Shown here piece by piece: positions 18,030 to 26,479 of a DNA stretch of 37,189 bases (the stretch's first letter is position 1; each line of letters begins with the position of its first letter). The DNA comes from Desulfobacteraceae bacterium (GTDB lineage Bacteria; Desulfobacterota; Desulfobacteria; Desulfobacterales; SpSt-501). The stretch is from NCBI GenBank assembly GCA_041310895.1, contig JBFYWT010000014.1, forward strand, positions 1 to 37,189. Direction: 5' to 3'. The notes under the pieces were generated by a model that worked only from the letters and a program-made list of their open reading frames with translations, did no database searches and was not told the DNA's origin. The position numbers were made by a program, and so were the translations under genes.

Positions 18030-21000
18030 TTAGCGTGTTTCCTTCACGGCCGCAACGATGAACTCGGCGACCTTTTCGGCCGAACGGCCGTAGAGCTCGT
18101 CGATGGCCACCCGGTCCAGCAAGCCGTCGCTCCAGGGGATGCTGTTTTCTTGAACGATGTTTTTGATGTTTTCGAATTTGCCGCCCAGGGCCCGGATCCT
18201 GGCCTCCAGGGGCACGCGCACTTGAAAGACGATGTGCAGCAGGAGCAGGTGCTCGATGCGGTTCGGCCGGGAAGGGGCGGAGGCCATCAGGGGGATCACG
18301 AGGATGCTGCGGTCGTCCTTGCGACCCTTGCCGATATAGACGTTGCCGTCCCGGACGATGATGCGCTTGGTGCCCTTCAGGGCCGGGTCGGATTCCACCC
18401 GGGAGGGGAGGGTGCGGGTGTCGCCGCGCTTGTTCACCACCTCGATCGTGGTGCCCTCGTCGGGTTCTCCCAGGACGCTCAAACCGACGATGCGGTAGAG
18501 GATCGACCCCTGGATCTCGCGCACGACCGCCTGCAGGTTCTTCAGCACCGCGACGTTGGAGGGGATGAGCTGGGCGGGCGAGAAGTGTTCCGCCGCCAGG
18601 GCCGTGAAGAGCAGCCCGTCAGGCTCTTCGCTGATGCGGCTGGTGCCGACGGTGACGGTTTTGGCCTGGTGCTTGATGGCGTCCACGGGGCGGGCGAGAA
18701 ACCCGATGGCATGGCCCAGATGCTCGAAGAGCACGGCGAGCATGTTGGCGGCGGTTCCCTGCCGGCCGAAGTCGAGGTCGAAATCCGCAGCCGGCAGCCG
18801 ACCCGACAGGTATTTGAGGAGCAGGGTGAGGTCGGAGCTGGCGTCATAGCCGACCGTGACCGGAAATTGCCTCTGGCTGCGTTTGCGCCGGAAGTCGGCG
18901 TAGAATTCGGCAATTTTCTCGCGGAACCCCTTTTCCAGGATCAGCTCGAAGAGATCCACCCCCCGGCGGGCCGCGCCGCCGACCGCCTGCTGGAGCTCCT
19001 CGTGAAAGCGGAAAAGAAACCGCGACCCCTCGTGGATGGAGAGGGCGGCGTAATATCCCCAGAGGTGCCCGGCGAGGGTGTTCAGGATCGGGGCCAGATG
19101 CTCGGCGACCACCGGCACCTGGAAAAGGTCCGCGGCGTAGGGGGCGAAGCGCTCCTCGCCTTCGTTGCAGATCACGACCGGCGTGGCCTTGTGCGCTTTG
19201 AAGATGGCGGTGTCCTTCACGATGTCGCCGATCACGGTCGGCCGCGCCCCGGCGGCGCAGACGATGATAAGCGGCTCGGAGGAGAGGTCGATGTGCTTCT
19301 TGTCTTCCACGTAGTCCGAAGAGATGGTCTTGTAGCAGAGCTCGCTCAGCTTGATGCGGATCTCATCGGCCGAAGCCTTGTTGGGGCCGCTGCCGACGAC
19401 CGCCCAGAACGTTTTGGTGACGGCCAGCCGCCGGGCGGATGCCTCCAGCCGCTCCGAAAGAGCGAGGACCCGGCGCATCTGGCCCGGCAGGTCGAGCAGC
19501 CGCCGGATCTCGTCGGAAACGAACGCCTCGTCGCGGCGGCCTTTCAATCGGGCGATGTGCAGCCCCAGCAGCGCCCCGGCGGTGATCTGGGCGTAGAAGG
19601 CCTTGGTGGAGGCGACCGACATCTCGATGTCGCGGCCGCTGCTGGTGTAGAGCACCCCGTCCACCTTGTAGGTCAGGTCCGAGTCCCGGCGGTTCACAAT
19701 GGCGAGGGTTCGGGCTCCCCGCTCCCTCACCATGTCGACCGAGCGGTTGGTATCGGTCGTGGTACCGGACTGGCTGATGGCGACGACCAGGGCGTCCGCC
19801 ATGGAGTCGCGGCCGGCGGCGGCGTCGAGGGTGAACCCGCTGAACTCCGAGGCCTTGAGCGCCTGGACCTGGATGGCCGGGCTGTTCAAATAGTGCTGCA
19901 GGATGTTGGCGCAGGCGAGGGCGGCGACACCGGCCGTGCCCTGGCCGATGAAGAAGATCCGCCGGATGGCCCCTTCGGCGAGGGCGCGGTTGACCGCGGG
20001 CGGCACCGCCTTCGCATCGAGCGCCGTAACGAACCCGCCGGTCCCGCCCTCGGCCACCTTCCAGCGGTTGCGCAGGGTCTTCTCGACCGAGGCCGGGGAC
20101 TCGGAGACTTCCTTGAGAAAATAGTGCGGGAAGTGCTGGCGGTCGATGTCGCGCGAGGTGAGTTCGGTGTGCGTGAGCTTGGAATCGCCCAGCGCGACAG
20201 GTGTCCCGTCGTAGCGCATGGCCGTAATGCCGCTCAGCCCGCCCGGTGAGAGCTGGTCCAGGACGACGATCTGCCCTTGGGTTTTTCCGGAGGCCCCCTC
20301 CACGACCGACTCCCCGTCGAGCCGGATGCAGGTGGAGGTCTCCTCGATGAGCCCGTAGACCTCCGAGGTGGCCATGTAGAGGTCCGGAGTGATGCCGACG
20401 AAGATGGCCTGGCCGCTGCCGCGCTGGGCAAGGAAGAGCTTGCCGGGCGCCAGGCTCGTGTGCATGGCAATGGCGTGGGAGCCGGCGAAGTCGTTGACCG
20501 CCCGCCGGAAGGCCTCGGCCACCTCGAAGCCCTGCCGCAGGTAGTGATCGACCTGGAGCGGGATGATTTTGGTGTCGGTCGTGACGTCCGCCGAGATGCG
20601 CCCGCCGCGTTGTTCGAAGGCCGCCTTGAGCGCGTGAAAATTGTCGATGTCGCCGTTCAGGCAGGCGTGGATGATACCGATGTCGCCGGCCACCCCCGCC
20701 TCGACGCGGTTGTCGACCGGGTGGCAGTTGGCCTCGGTGATGGCCCCGACCGACGCCCAGCGCGTGTGCGCGTTGACCGTGTGGAACACGAGCGGGAAGG
20801 CGACGATGGCCTGCAGGACGGGGTCCCCCGCGATGGCACGCCGCAGGGCGCGGATATTGTCCCCCAGGCTGCCGATCTCCACCGCCACCTTGTAAGTGAA
20901 GGCGACGGCGACCACGGCCCCGTGGCGGTGAACCGCGATGGAGTCGTTGAGCAGCGGCTGCCGGTCCAGGCGGCGGGTGAAATCGGCCATGGCGCCGCCC

Positions 21001-21764
21001 CGTTCGAGGGCGGCGCTGAAATGCTCGTAGTCGGAGGAGTGCAGGACGAAGAGCAGCGAGATCCCGGCCGAGTCGCGGCCGCGCACCTCCATGCGGTCGA
21101 TGCTGTTCAGCACCGAGTTGATGCCGCGGAAGACGCGCACGGTCTGCTCGGAACGGCCGGCCCCGATGCTGAGATCAGCCACCCGGGCGATGTTGCCCAG
21201 CACCTCGGTGCGCAGGCACCAGACGGCGTCCTTGAGCTGTTCGATGCGGCCGCTCACCGTGTCGGTTTCGACCACGCCGAGCCGGCCGACCTGCTCCTCG
21301 AAGCAGCCCGCTTCCACGCTCTGGCATGTGGCCAAAGCGGAGGCCAGGTCGTCGAGTCGCGCCTGGAGGGCGGGGTCCGCATAGATGCGGGCAAAGGCAT
21401 CCGGGCGCCGGAGCTCCCGGGCTTGCCGGACCAGTTCGAGCATGCACGTTTCTCCGCCCAGATAGGCCTCGGAGAGTCCCTTGGCCTGGGCGCGGCAGGC
21501 CTCGAAGCCGTGGGCGCGGACGCGCTCCGCCAGCGCGGCCAGCGGGGCGACCGGCGCCTCCGCGGCCTCGGGTGCCGCGCGTTTGAAGGCCACGATGCCG
21601 GCGATGCCGCAGCCAAGCAGGGTGGCTCTGAGCGGCGCCACCACCACCGCCCCCGCCGGGACAGAGGCGAGGCGGCGGCCGAAGTAGACCGGGGCGTTCA
21701 ATCGGCGGGTCGCGATGGTCACGATCTGCTTTAGTCGTCGGATGAATGGGCGAACCATGCGCAT
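18030..21764 (-). CDS. giant GlmS-like glutamine amidotransferase (class II GATase + two SIS domains) with insertions and C-terminal extension
   Basis: 1244-aa ORF. GATase motifs are CGIAGIV (Cys52), RGRDSAG, HTRWASVG, NGDIDN and TTDTK. SIS1 is FIGQGTAG...ISQSGTTTDT. SIS2 is VVGSGPNKASADEIRIKLSE...EDKKHI. A GlmS-type tail, PVDAIKHQAKTVTVG, is followed by ~190 further residues. Confidence 0.8.
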   Translation of the reverse strand: MRMVRPFIRRLKQIVTIATRRLNAPVYFGRRLASVPAGAVVVAPLRATLLGCGIAGIVAFKRAAPEAAEAPVAPLAALAERVRAHGFEACRAQAKGLSEAYLGGETCMLELVRQARELRRPDAFARIYADPALQARLDDLASALATCQSVEAGCFEEQVGRLGVVETDTVSGRIEQLKDAVWCLRTEVLGNIARVADLSIGAGRSEQTVRVFRGINSVLNSIDRMEVRGRDSAGISLLFVLHSSDYEHFSAALERGGAMADFTRRLDRQPLLNDSIAVHRHGAVVAVAFTYKVAVEIGSLGDNIRALRRAIAGDPVLQAIVAFPLVFHTVNAHTRWASVGAITEANCHPVDNRVEAGVAGDIGIIHACLNGDIDNFHALKAAFEQRGGRISADVTTDTKIIPLQVDHYLRQGFEVAEAFRRAVNDFAGSHAIAMHTSLAPGKLFLAQRGSGQAIFVGITPDLYMATSEVYGLIEETSTCIRLDGESVVEGASGKTQGQIVVLDQLSPGGLSGITAMRYDGTPVALGDSKLTHTELTSRDIDRQHFPHYFLKEVSESPASVEKTLRNRWKVAEGGTGGFVTALDAKAVPPAVNRALAEGAIRRIFFIGQGTAGVAALACANILQHYLNSPAIQVQALKASEFSGFTLDAAAGRDSMADALVVAISQSGTTTDTNRSVDMVRERGARTLAIVNRRDSDLTYKVDGVLYTSSGRDIEMSVASTKAFYAQITAGALLGLHIARLKGRRDEAFVSDEIRRLLDLPGQMRRVLALSERLEASARRLAVTKTFWAVVGSGPNKASADEIRIKLSELCYKTISSDYVEDKKHIDLSSEPLIIVCAAGARPTVIGDIVKDTAIFKAHKATPVVICNEGEERFAPYAADLFQVPVVAEHLAPILNTLAGHLWGYYAALSIHEGSRFLFRFHEELQQAVGGAARRGVDLFELILEKGFREKIAEFYADFRRKRSQRQFPVTVGYDASSDLTLLLKYLSGRLPAADFDLDFGRQGTAANMLAVLFEHLGHAIGFLARPVDAIKHQAKTVTVGTSRISEEPDGLLFTALAAEHFSPAQLIPSNVAVLKNLQAVVREIQGSILYRIVGLSVLGEPDEGTTIEVVNKRGDTRTLPSRVESDPALKGTKRIIVRDGNVYIGKGRKDDRSILVIPLMASAPSRPNRIEHLLLLHIVFQVRVPLEARIRALGGKFENIKNIVQENSIPWSDGLLDRVAIDELYGRSAEKVAEFIVAAVKETR

Positions 21765-21784
21765 TTCCTTTGTGGGAGCTCGGG

Positions 21785-23701
21785 CTATCGCAGTGCCGTT
21801 CCCGGGGCAACGGCGGCGTCCGGTCCGATCAGCACGGGACCGCCCTCCGCCCCGGCGGCCAGCAGCATGCCTTGGGAGATCACCCCCATGAGTTTCGCCG
21901 GCCGCAGGTTGGCGATGACGACGACCTGCCGGCCGACCAGGCTCTCGGGTGAATAGTGTTCGGCGATGCCGGCCACGATGGTGCGGCGCTCGCCGAGGTC
22001 GATTTCCAGCTGAAGCAGCTTTTTGGCCTTCGGCACCGGGGTGGCGCTGAGGACGGTGGCGATCCGCAGGTCGATCCGCTGGAAATCCTCCAACGTAATT
22101 TCAGGTTTGATCGCGAGCGCCCCCGCAGGCGGCGGGGTTCCGGGGGCTGCCGCGGCCGGGGCAGGGTCGGTCTCGATGCGGGGGAAGAGCATGACCGTCT
22201 TGGGCAGGCCGGTGCCGGCCGGAACCGAGGCCCAGCGTTTTAAATCCTGCAGGTCATAGAACGGGGTCTCCGGATCGAGGCCGAGGTGCTTCTGCATGCG
22301 GGCGGCTGTTTCCGGCATGACCGGGTAGATCAGGCCGGAGATGAGCCGCAGGCCCTTCAAGAGGCTGTGCATGACCGCCTCGAGCTGCTTGCGGGTGCTC
22401 TTCTTCTTGGCGAGCTCCCAAGGGGCGGCGATGTCCACGGCCCGGTTCATCCGGCCGATGAACTCCCATACGGCGGCCAGCGCCCGATGGAGCTCGAAGA
22501 GCCCCATGGCGCGTTCGTATACCTCAATCGTCCGCCGGGCCTCGGGCGCGAGCCCCAGGCCGTACTGGCGGCCCACCGCGGGGTCCAGCTCCGGGACGAC
22601 CCCCTCGAAGTACTTGTGGGCCATGGCGACCACGCGCGAGAAGAGGTTGCCGAGGTCGTTGGCGAGATCGGAATTGATCCGCTGCACCATGGCGGACTCG
22701 CTGAAGTTGGCGTCCAGTCCGAAGGTCATCTCCCGGATCAGGAAGTAGCGAAAGGCGTCCAGCCCGTAGACGTTGCGCATCTCGAGCGGCTCGATGACGT
22801 TGCCGAGGCTCTTGGACATCTTGCGCTGCTCGATGTTCCAGTAGCCGTGCACGTTCAGGTGCTGGTAAACCGGAATGCCGGCCGCCTGCAGCATGCAGGG
22901 CCAGTAGATGCCATGGGGCTTGAGAATGTCCTTGGCGACGATGTGCTGGGCCACCGGCCAGAATCGGTGGAACAGCTCGCCGTCCGGGTAGCCGAGGGCC
23001 GAGACGTAGTTGAGCAGGGCGTCGAACCAGACATAGGTGACGTAGCGATCGTCGAAGGGCAGCGGGATGCCCCAGGTGAGCCGGCTCGTGGGGCGCGAAA
23101 TGCACAGGTCCCCGAGCGGCTCGCGCAGGAAGGCGAGCACTTCGTTGCGGTAGCGCTCCGGGCGGATGAAATCCGGGTGGCGCTGGATGTGGTCGATCAA
23201 CCAGCCCTGGTAGCGGCTCATCCGGAAAAAATAGTTCGACTCCCGGATGAGCTCGGGTTCGGACTCATGAATCGGGCAGCGCCCCTCCTGCAGCTCGCGC
23301 TCGGTGTAGAAGCGTTCGCAGCCGAAGCAGTAGAGCCCCTCGTACTCGCTGAAGTAGATGTCTCCGGCCGCGTGGATCTTGCGCAGCACCGCGGTGACGA
23401 CGGCCATGTGGTCGGGGTCGGTCGTGCGGATGAAGCGGTCGGGCCGGACGTTCAACTCCGGCCAGAGCTCGCGAAACAGCCGGCTGATCTCGTCGACGTA
23501 CACCCGCGGGCTTTGGCCCTGTTTCTGCGCGGCCTGAACCACCTTGTCCCCGTGCTCGTCGGTACCGGTCAGAAAGAAGGTCTCGCGGTCACGCATCGCG
23601 TGGAAACGGCGCACCACATCGGCCACAATGGTGGTGTAGGCATGGCCGAGGTGGGGCCGGGCGTTGACGTAATAAATCGGGGTGGTGATGTAGAAGGCCA
23701 T
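21785..23701 (-). CDS. metG: methionine--tRNA ligase with C-terminal tRNA-binding (Trbp111/EMAPII-like) domain
   Basis: MAFYITTPIYYVNARPHLGHAYTT (HIGH-type HLGH), KMSKS, a zinc knuckle CFGCERF...CPIHE, and a C-terminal IDLRIATVLSA...LQLEIDLG OB-fold domain. Confidence 0.95.
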   Translation of the reverse strand: MAFYITTPIYYVNARPHLGHAYTTIVADVVRRFHAMRDRETFFLTGTDEHGDKVVQAAQKQGQSPRVYVDEISRLFRELWPELNVRPDRFIRTTDPDHMAVVTAVLRKIHAAGDIYFSEYEGLYCFGCERFYTERELQEGRCPIHESEPELIRESNYFFRMSRYQGWLIDHIQRHPDFIRPERYRNEVLAFLREPLGDLCISRPTSRLTWGIPLPFDDRYVTYVWFDALLNYVSALGYPDGELFHRFWPVAQHIVAKDILKPHGIYWPCMLQAAGIPVYQHLNVHGYWNIEQRKMSKSLGNVIEPLEMRNVYGLDAFRYFLIREMTFGLDANFSESAMVQRINSDLANDLGNLFSRVVAMAHKYFEGVVPELDPAVGRQYGLGLAPEARRTIEVYERAMGLFELHRALAAVWEFIGRMNRAVDIAAPWELAKKKSTRKQLEAVMHSLLKGLRLISGLIYPVMPETAARMQKHLGLDPETPFYDLQDLKRWASVPAGTGLPKTVMLFPRIETDPAPAAAAPGTPPPAGALAIKPEITLEDFQRIDLRIATVLSATPVPKAKKLLQLEIDLGERRTIVAGIAEHYSPESLVGRQVVVIANLRPAKLMGVISQGMLLAAGAEGGPVLIGPDAAVAPGTALR

Positions 23702-23713
23702 GGCGTGTCCTGT

Positions 23714-24508
23714 CTATGGTTGAGGGGGTTCGGGGGGCGTCTCGAACTCGATGCCGTCTTCGAGCCGGACGACCATCCGATTGCAGATGGGGTTGTGCCG
23801 CACCACTTTGCCCATGCCCCGAGGGGTCTGGACCATGGCGCCGAGGTGGGGCAATGATTTCTTGAGCGCCTGGTAGGTGGGGTACTCGTAGACCAGGCAG
23901 CACATCAGCCGGCCGCACTGGCCCGAGATCTTCGTGGGGTTGAGCGAGAGGTTCTGTTCCTTGGCCATCCGGATCGACACCGGTTCGAACTTTTCCAGGT
24001 AGGAGCTGCAGCAGAGCTCGCGGCCGCAGCGGCCGAGGCCGCCGCACATCTTCGTTTGGTGCCGGATGCCCACCTGACGCATCTCGATCCGCGCCCCGAG
24101 CTCCTTGACCAGCAGTTTCAGGAGCTGGCGAAAATCCACCCGGCCGTCGGCGGTAAAAAAGAATGAGATGCGGCTCCCGTCGAGGGATTTTTCCACCGCG
24201 AAGAGGTTCATCTTGAGGCCGAGCTCCTTGATACAGGTGCGGCAGAAGGCATAGGCGGCCCGCTCTTCCTCCACGCGGCGTTTCTGCTGATCGAGGTCCT
24301 TGGCGGTCGCGCGGCGGTGGACTTTCTTGTAGATCTGGCCCTCCGGCGGGGCCTCGACCATCCGCGGGGTGGTGGCCACGGTGCCGATGCTGAGCCCCTG
24401 CTCGGTTTCCACAATCACAGGTTCGCCGGCGGTTAGGACAAAGGCCCCACCGTCGAAGTCATAGATTTTCCCGGCGGGTTTGAATCGAACCCCTACGATT
24501 TTTAGCAT
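23714..24508 (-). CDS. PSP1 domain protein (RicT/YaaT-like)
   Basis: MLKIVGVRFKPAGKIYDFD N-terminus and the Cys cluster GGLGRCGRELCCSSYL...CGRLMCCLVYE, typical of PSP1/YaaT. It sits in the conserved position after holB. The start was chosen at ATG 24508. Confidence 0.85.
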   Translation of the reverse strand: MLKIVGVRFKPAGKIYDFDGGAFVLTAGEPVIVETEQGLSIGTVATTPRMVEAPPEGQIYKKVHRRATAKDLDQQKRRVEEERAAYAFCRTCIKELGLKMNLFAVEKSLDGSRISFFFTADGRVDFRQLLKLLVKELGARIEMRQVGIRHQTKMCGGLGRCGRELCCSSYLEKFEPVSIRMAKEQNLSLNPTKISGQCGRLMCCLVYEYPTYQALKKSLPHLGAMVQTPRGMGKVVRHNPICNRMVVRLEDGIEFETPPEPPQP

Positions 24509-24551
24509 GATCCTGTTCCTATTCGCACCGCGGTCGGCGGCAGGGCCGGTC

Positions 24552-25580
24552 TCAAACCGCGGGCCTGAAGCGTGCGGCCAGATGGAAAAAAAGCGCTTCC
24601 AGGCACAGCCGCGGGTTTGCATTCGCGCGAACCCGGCGATGGACCTCCTGCAGCGCGGAGACGGCCTCCGCGACCTCCGCCACGGGCAGGCGGTGTGCGG
24701 CGTTCGTGAGCGGCCCGAGCAGATCTTGGTGAACCACCTGCTCGGGGCAGTCGCGCGCGATGGCCACGTCCCTCAGCCAAATGGCCATGAGGTCGAGGTC
24801 GCCCGCGAGCTCGCTGCGGTCGCGGGCAAGTTTTTCGGCGAGGGCCATCAGTGCCAGCGGCGATTGCCCGGGCAGATCCGTCAGCTGCGCCATCAACCAG
24901 GCGCGGCGGTGCTGCACCCGCTCGTCGAGCAGGGCGAGCGCCCGGGTCACACTCCCGGCGGCCAGTGCAGCGATGCGCTCGGCCGTCGCCGGGTCCTGCT
25001 CATGGTCCCGCATCAGAATCGCCGCCACGTCCCGCCGCACGAGCGGCGCGAAGTGGATTTGCCGGCAGCGCGAGACGATCGTGGGCAGCACGTCGGCCGC
25101 CTGCGCCGTGGTGAGAATCATCACGGTCTGCGGCGGGGGCTCCTCCAGCATTTTGAGCAACGCATTGCCGGCCGCCGGATTCAGGGCCTGGGCGTCGGTG
25201 ATGACCACGGCCCGCATGCGGGCCTCGAAGGGCTTCATGTTCAGAAACGCGCACAGCTCCCGGATCGGCTCGATTTTGATCATGCCGCCCGCCGGAGCCA
25301 GGCGTCGGAGGTCGGGATGAGAGCCCGCCGCAATTTTACGGCATGCCGCGCACGTTCCGCAACCCCCCGCGCCCGGCGTCATCCGCCCCCGGCCGTCGTC
25401 CTCGGCTTCGCTCGATCCTAAACAATTGCACGCCATGATTACGGCGGCGGCCGTCGTCTTCTTGCCGACGCCTTCCATGCCGGTGAACAGAAGCGCATGC
25501 GGAAGGATGCCACGGGCCAACAGGCGGGTGAGAATGCGGATGGGGCGCGGTTGGCCGATAATCGCGTCGAAACCTGGCAC
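24552..25580 (-). CDS. holB: DNA polymerase III subunit delta prime
   Basis: HALLFTGMEGVGKKTTA P-loop-like motif, CGTCAACRKI zinc module, and SRCRQIHF sensor motif. 342 aa. Confidence 0.85.
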   Translation of the reverse strand: MPGFDAIIGQPRPIRILTRLLARGILPHALLFTGMEGVGKKTTAAAVIMACNCLGSSEAEDDGRGRMTPGAGGCGTCAACRKIAAGSHPDLRRLAPAGGMIKIEPIRELCAFLNMKPFEARMRAVVITDAQALNPAAGNALLKMLEEPPPQTVMILTTAQAADVLPTIVSRCRQIHFAPLVRRDVAAILMRDHEQDPATAERIAALAAGSVTRALALLDERVQHRRAWLMAQLTDLPGQSPLALMALAEKLARDRSELAGDLDLMAIWLRDVAIARDCPEQVVHQDLLGPLTNAAHRLPVAEVAEAVSALQEVHRRVRANANPRLCLEALFFHLAARFRPAV

Positions 25581-25584
25581 GCAA

Positions 25585-25860
25585 CTAACGGTCGACCCGT
25601 TCTTTCAGCTCCTTGCCGGATTTGAAGAACGGGAGTCGCTTGGGCCGGATCGTTACCTTCTCACCGGTTTTTGGGTTTCGGCCGGTGTAGCTCTTGTAGC
25701 TCTTGACGAAAAAACTGCACAAACCGCGGATCTCCACACGCTCGCCGCGCGCCATGGCATCCGCCATGTGGTCGAAAAAAATCTGGGCCACGCGGGCGGC
25801 CTCGGCTTTGGAAATGTTCGCCTCCGTTTTCAGTGCGGAAATCAGCTCCAGTTTGTTCAT
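25585..25860 (-). CDS. ihfB: integration host factor beta-like protein (HU/IHF family DNA-binding protein)
   Basis: 91 aa. MNKLELISAL..., RVEIRGLCSF, and TGRNPKTGEKV...P.FKSGKELKERV match the IHF-beta pattern. AAGGAGGA SD is present. Confidence 0.8.
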   Translation of the reverse strand: MNKLELISALKTEANISKAEAARVAQIFFDHMADAMARGERVEIRGLCSFFVKSYKSYTGRNPKTGEKVTIRPKRLPFFKSGKELKERVDR

Positions 25861-25903
25861 ACATCCTCCTTCGGCGCGGCCTTGATACCAACTCTATCTA
25901 TCC

Positions 25904-25933
25904 TTTATAATCTGTAACTTAGTAAAATGTCAA
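25904..25933 (-). promoter_or_regulatory. candidate sigma-70 promoter for ihf-holB-PSP1-metG
   Basis: Minus strand reads TTGACA (25933-25928), 18-nt spacer, TATAAA (25909-25904), in the 77-bp AT-rich gap after the NusG-paralog stop. Confidence 0.45.
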
Positions 25934-25937
25934 GCAG

Positions 25938-26471
25938 TTATGAAAGCACCGGCGGCAGAATTTCAACGTCCTCCTCATTGACCTCGACGGCGGCGTACTG
26001 CCCCAGCGCGTCGATGTGCACAATCACCCGGTCCTGGCTGCGGTAGCGGGTGAAGGTCCCCGTGACACCGGCGAAGGGCCCCTGCACGACCATGACCCGG
26101 TCTCCCGGGCGCAGCGTGGATCCCGTGGTGATCGGGCGCTCGGAGGCCACCATGATCTTGAGCGACTGGACCGTCTCCGCCGGGACCGGCACGGGCCCCT
26201 GCGAGGTCCCGATCAACCGCACGACCCCGGCCGTTTTGACGATTTCCAGATGGGCGCGGGGCTGCAGGTCGGTTCGGATGAAGAGGTAGCCGGGAAAGAG
26301 AGGGGTGTGAATCAGCGCCTTGCGGTCGCGGCGGGTGCTGCGAACCTTCACCCGCGGCAGGAAGGCCTCCACCGATTTTTTTTGAAGACCTTCGAATACC
26401 ACGACCTCGTGCCGGCTTTTGGTGTGCAGTACGTACCACTGTGGGGTAAGGCGGATATCGTCCATGGGCAT
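25938..26471 (-). CDS. specialised NusG-family transcription antiterminator (RfaH/UpxY-like paralog)
   Basis: 177 aa. The NGN domain is WYVLHTKSRHE...PLFPGYLFIR. The KOW motif is GDRVMVVQGPFAGVTGTF. It is shorter than housekeeping NusG and is not in the secE-nusG-rplK context. Confidence 0.8.
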   Translation of the reverse strand: MPMDDIRLTPQWYVLHTKSRHEVVVFEGLQKKSVEAFLPRVKVRSTRRDRKALIHTPLFPGYLFIRTDLQPRAHLEIVKTAGVVRLIGTSQGPVPVPAETVQSLKIMVASERPITTGSTLRPGDRVMVVQGPFAGVTGTFTRYRSQDRVIVHIDALGQYAAVEVNEEDVEILPPVLS

Positions 26472-26479
26472 TCAGTCTC

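Noticed and set aside
17988-21734. Long plus-strand ORFs (753 aa at 17988-20249 and 485 aa at 20277-21734) opposite the giant GlmS-like gene
   Set aside because: These are typical high-GC shadow ORFs. Their translations are Arg/Gly/Ala/Asp/Pro-rich with no motif, while the minus strand carries unmistakable GATase and SIS motifs over the same span.
22286-23857. 523-aa plus-strand ORF opposite metG
   Set aside because: It is a shadow ORF. metG on the minus strand is unambiguous (HLGH, KMSKS).
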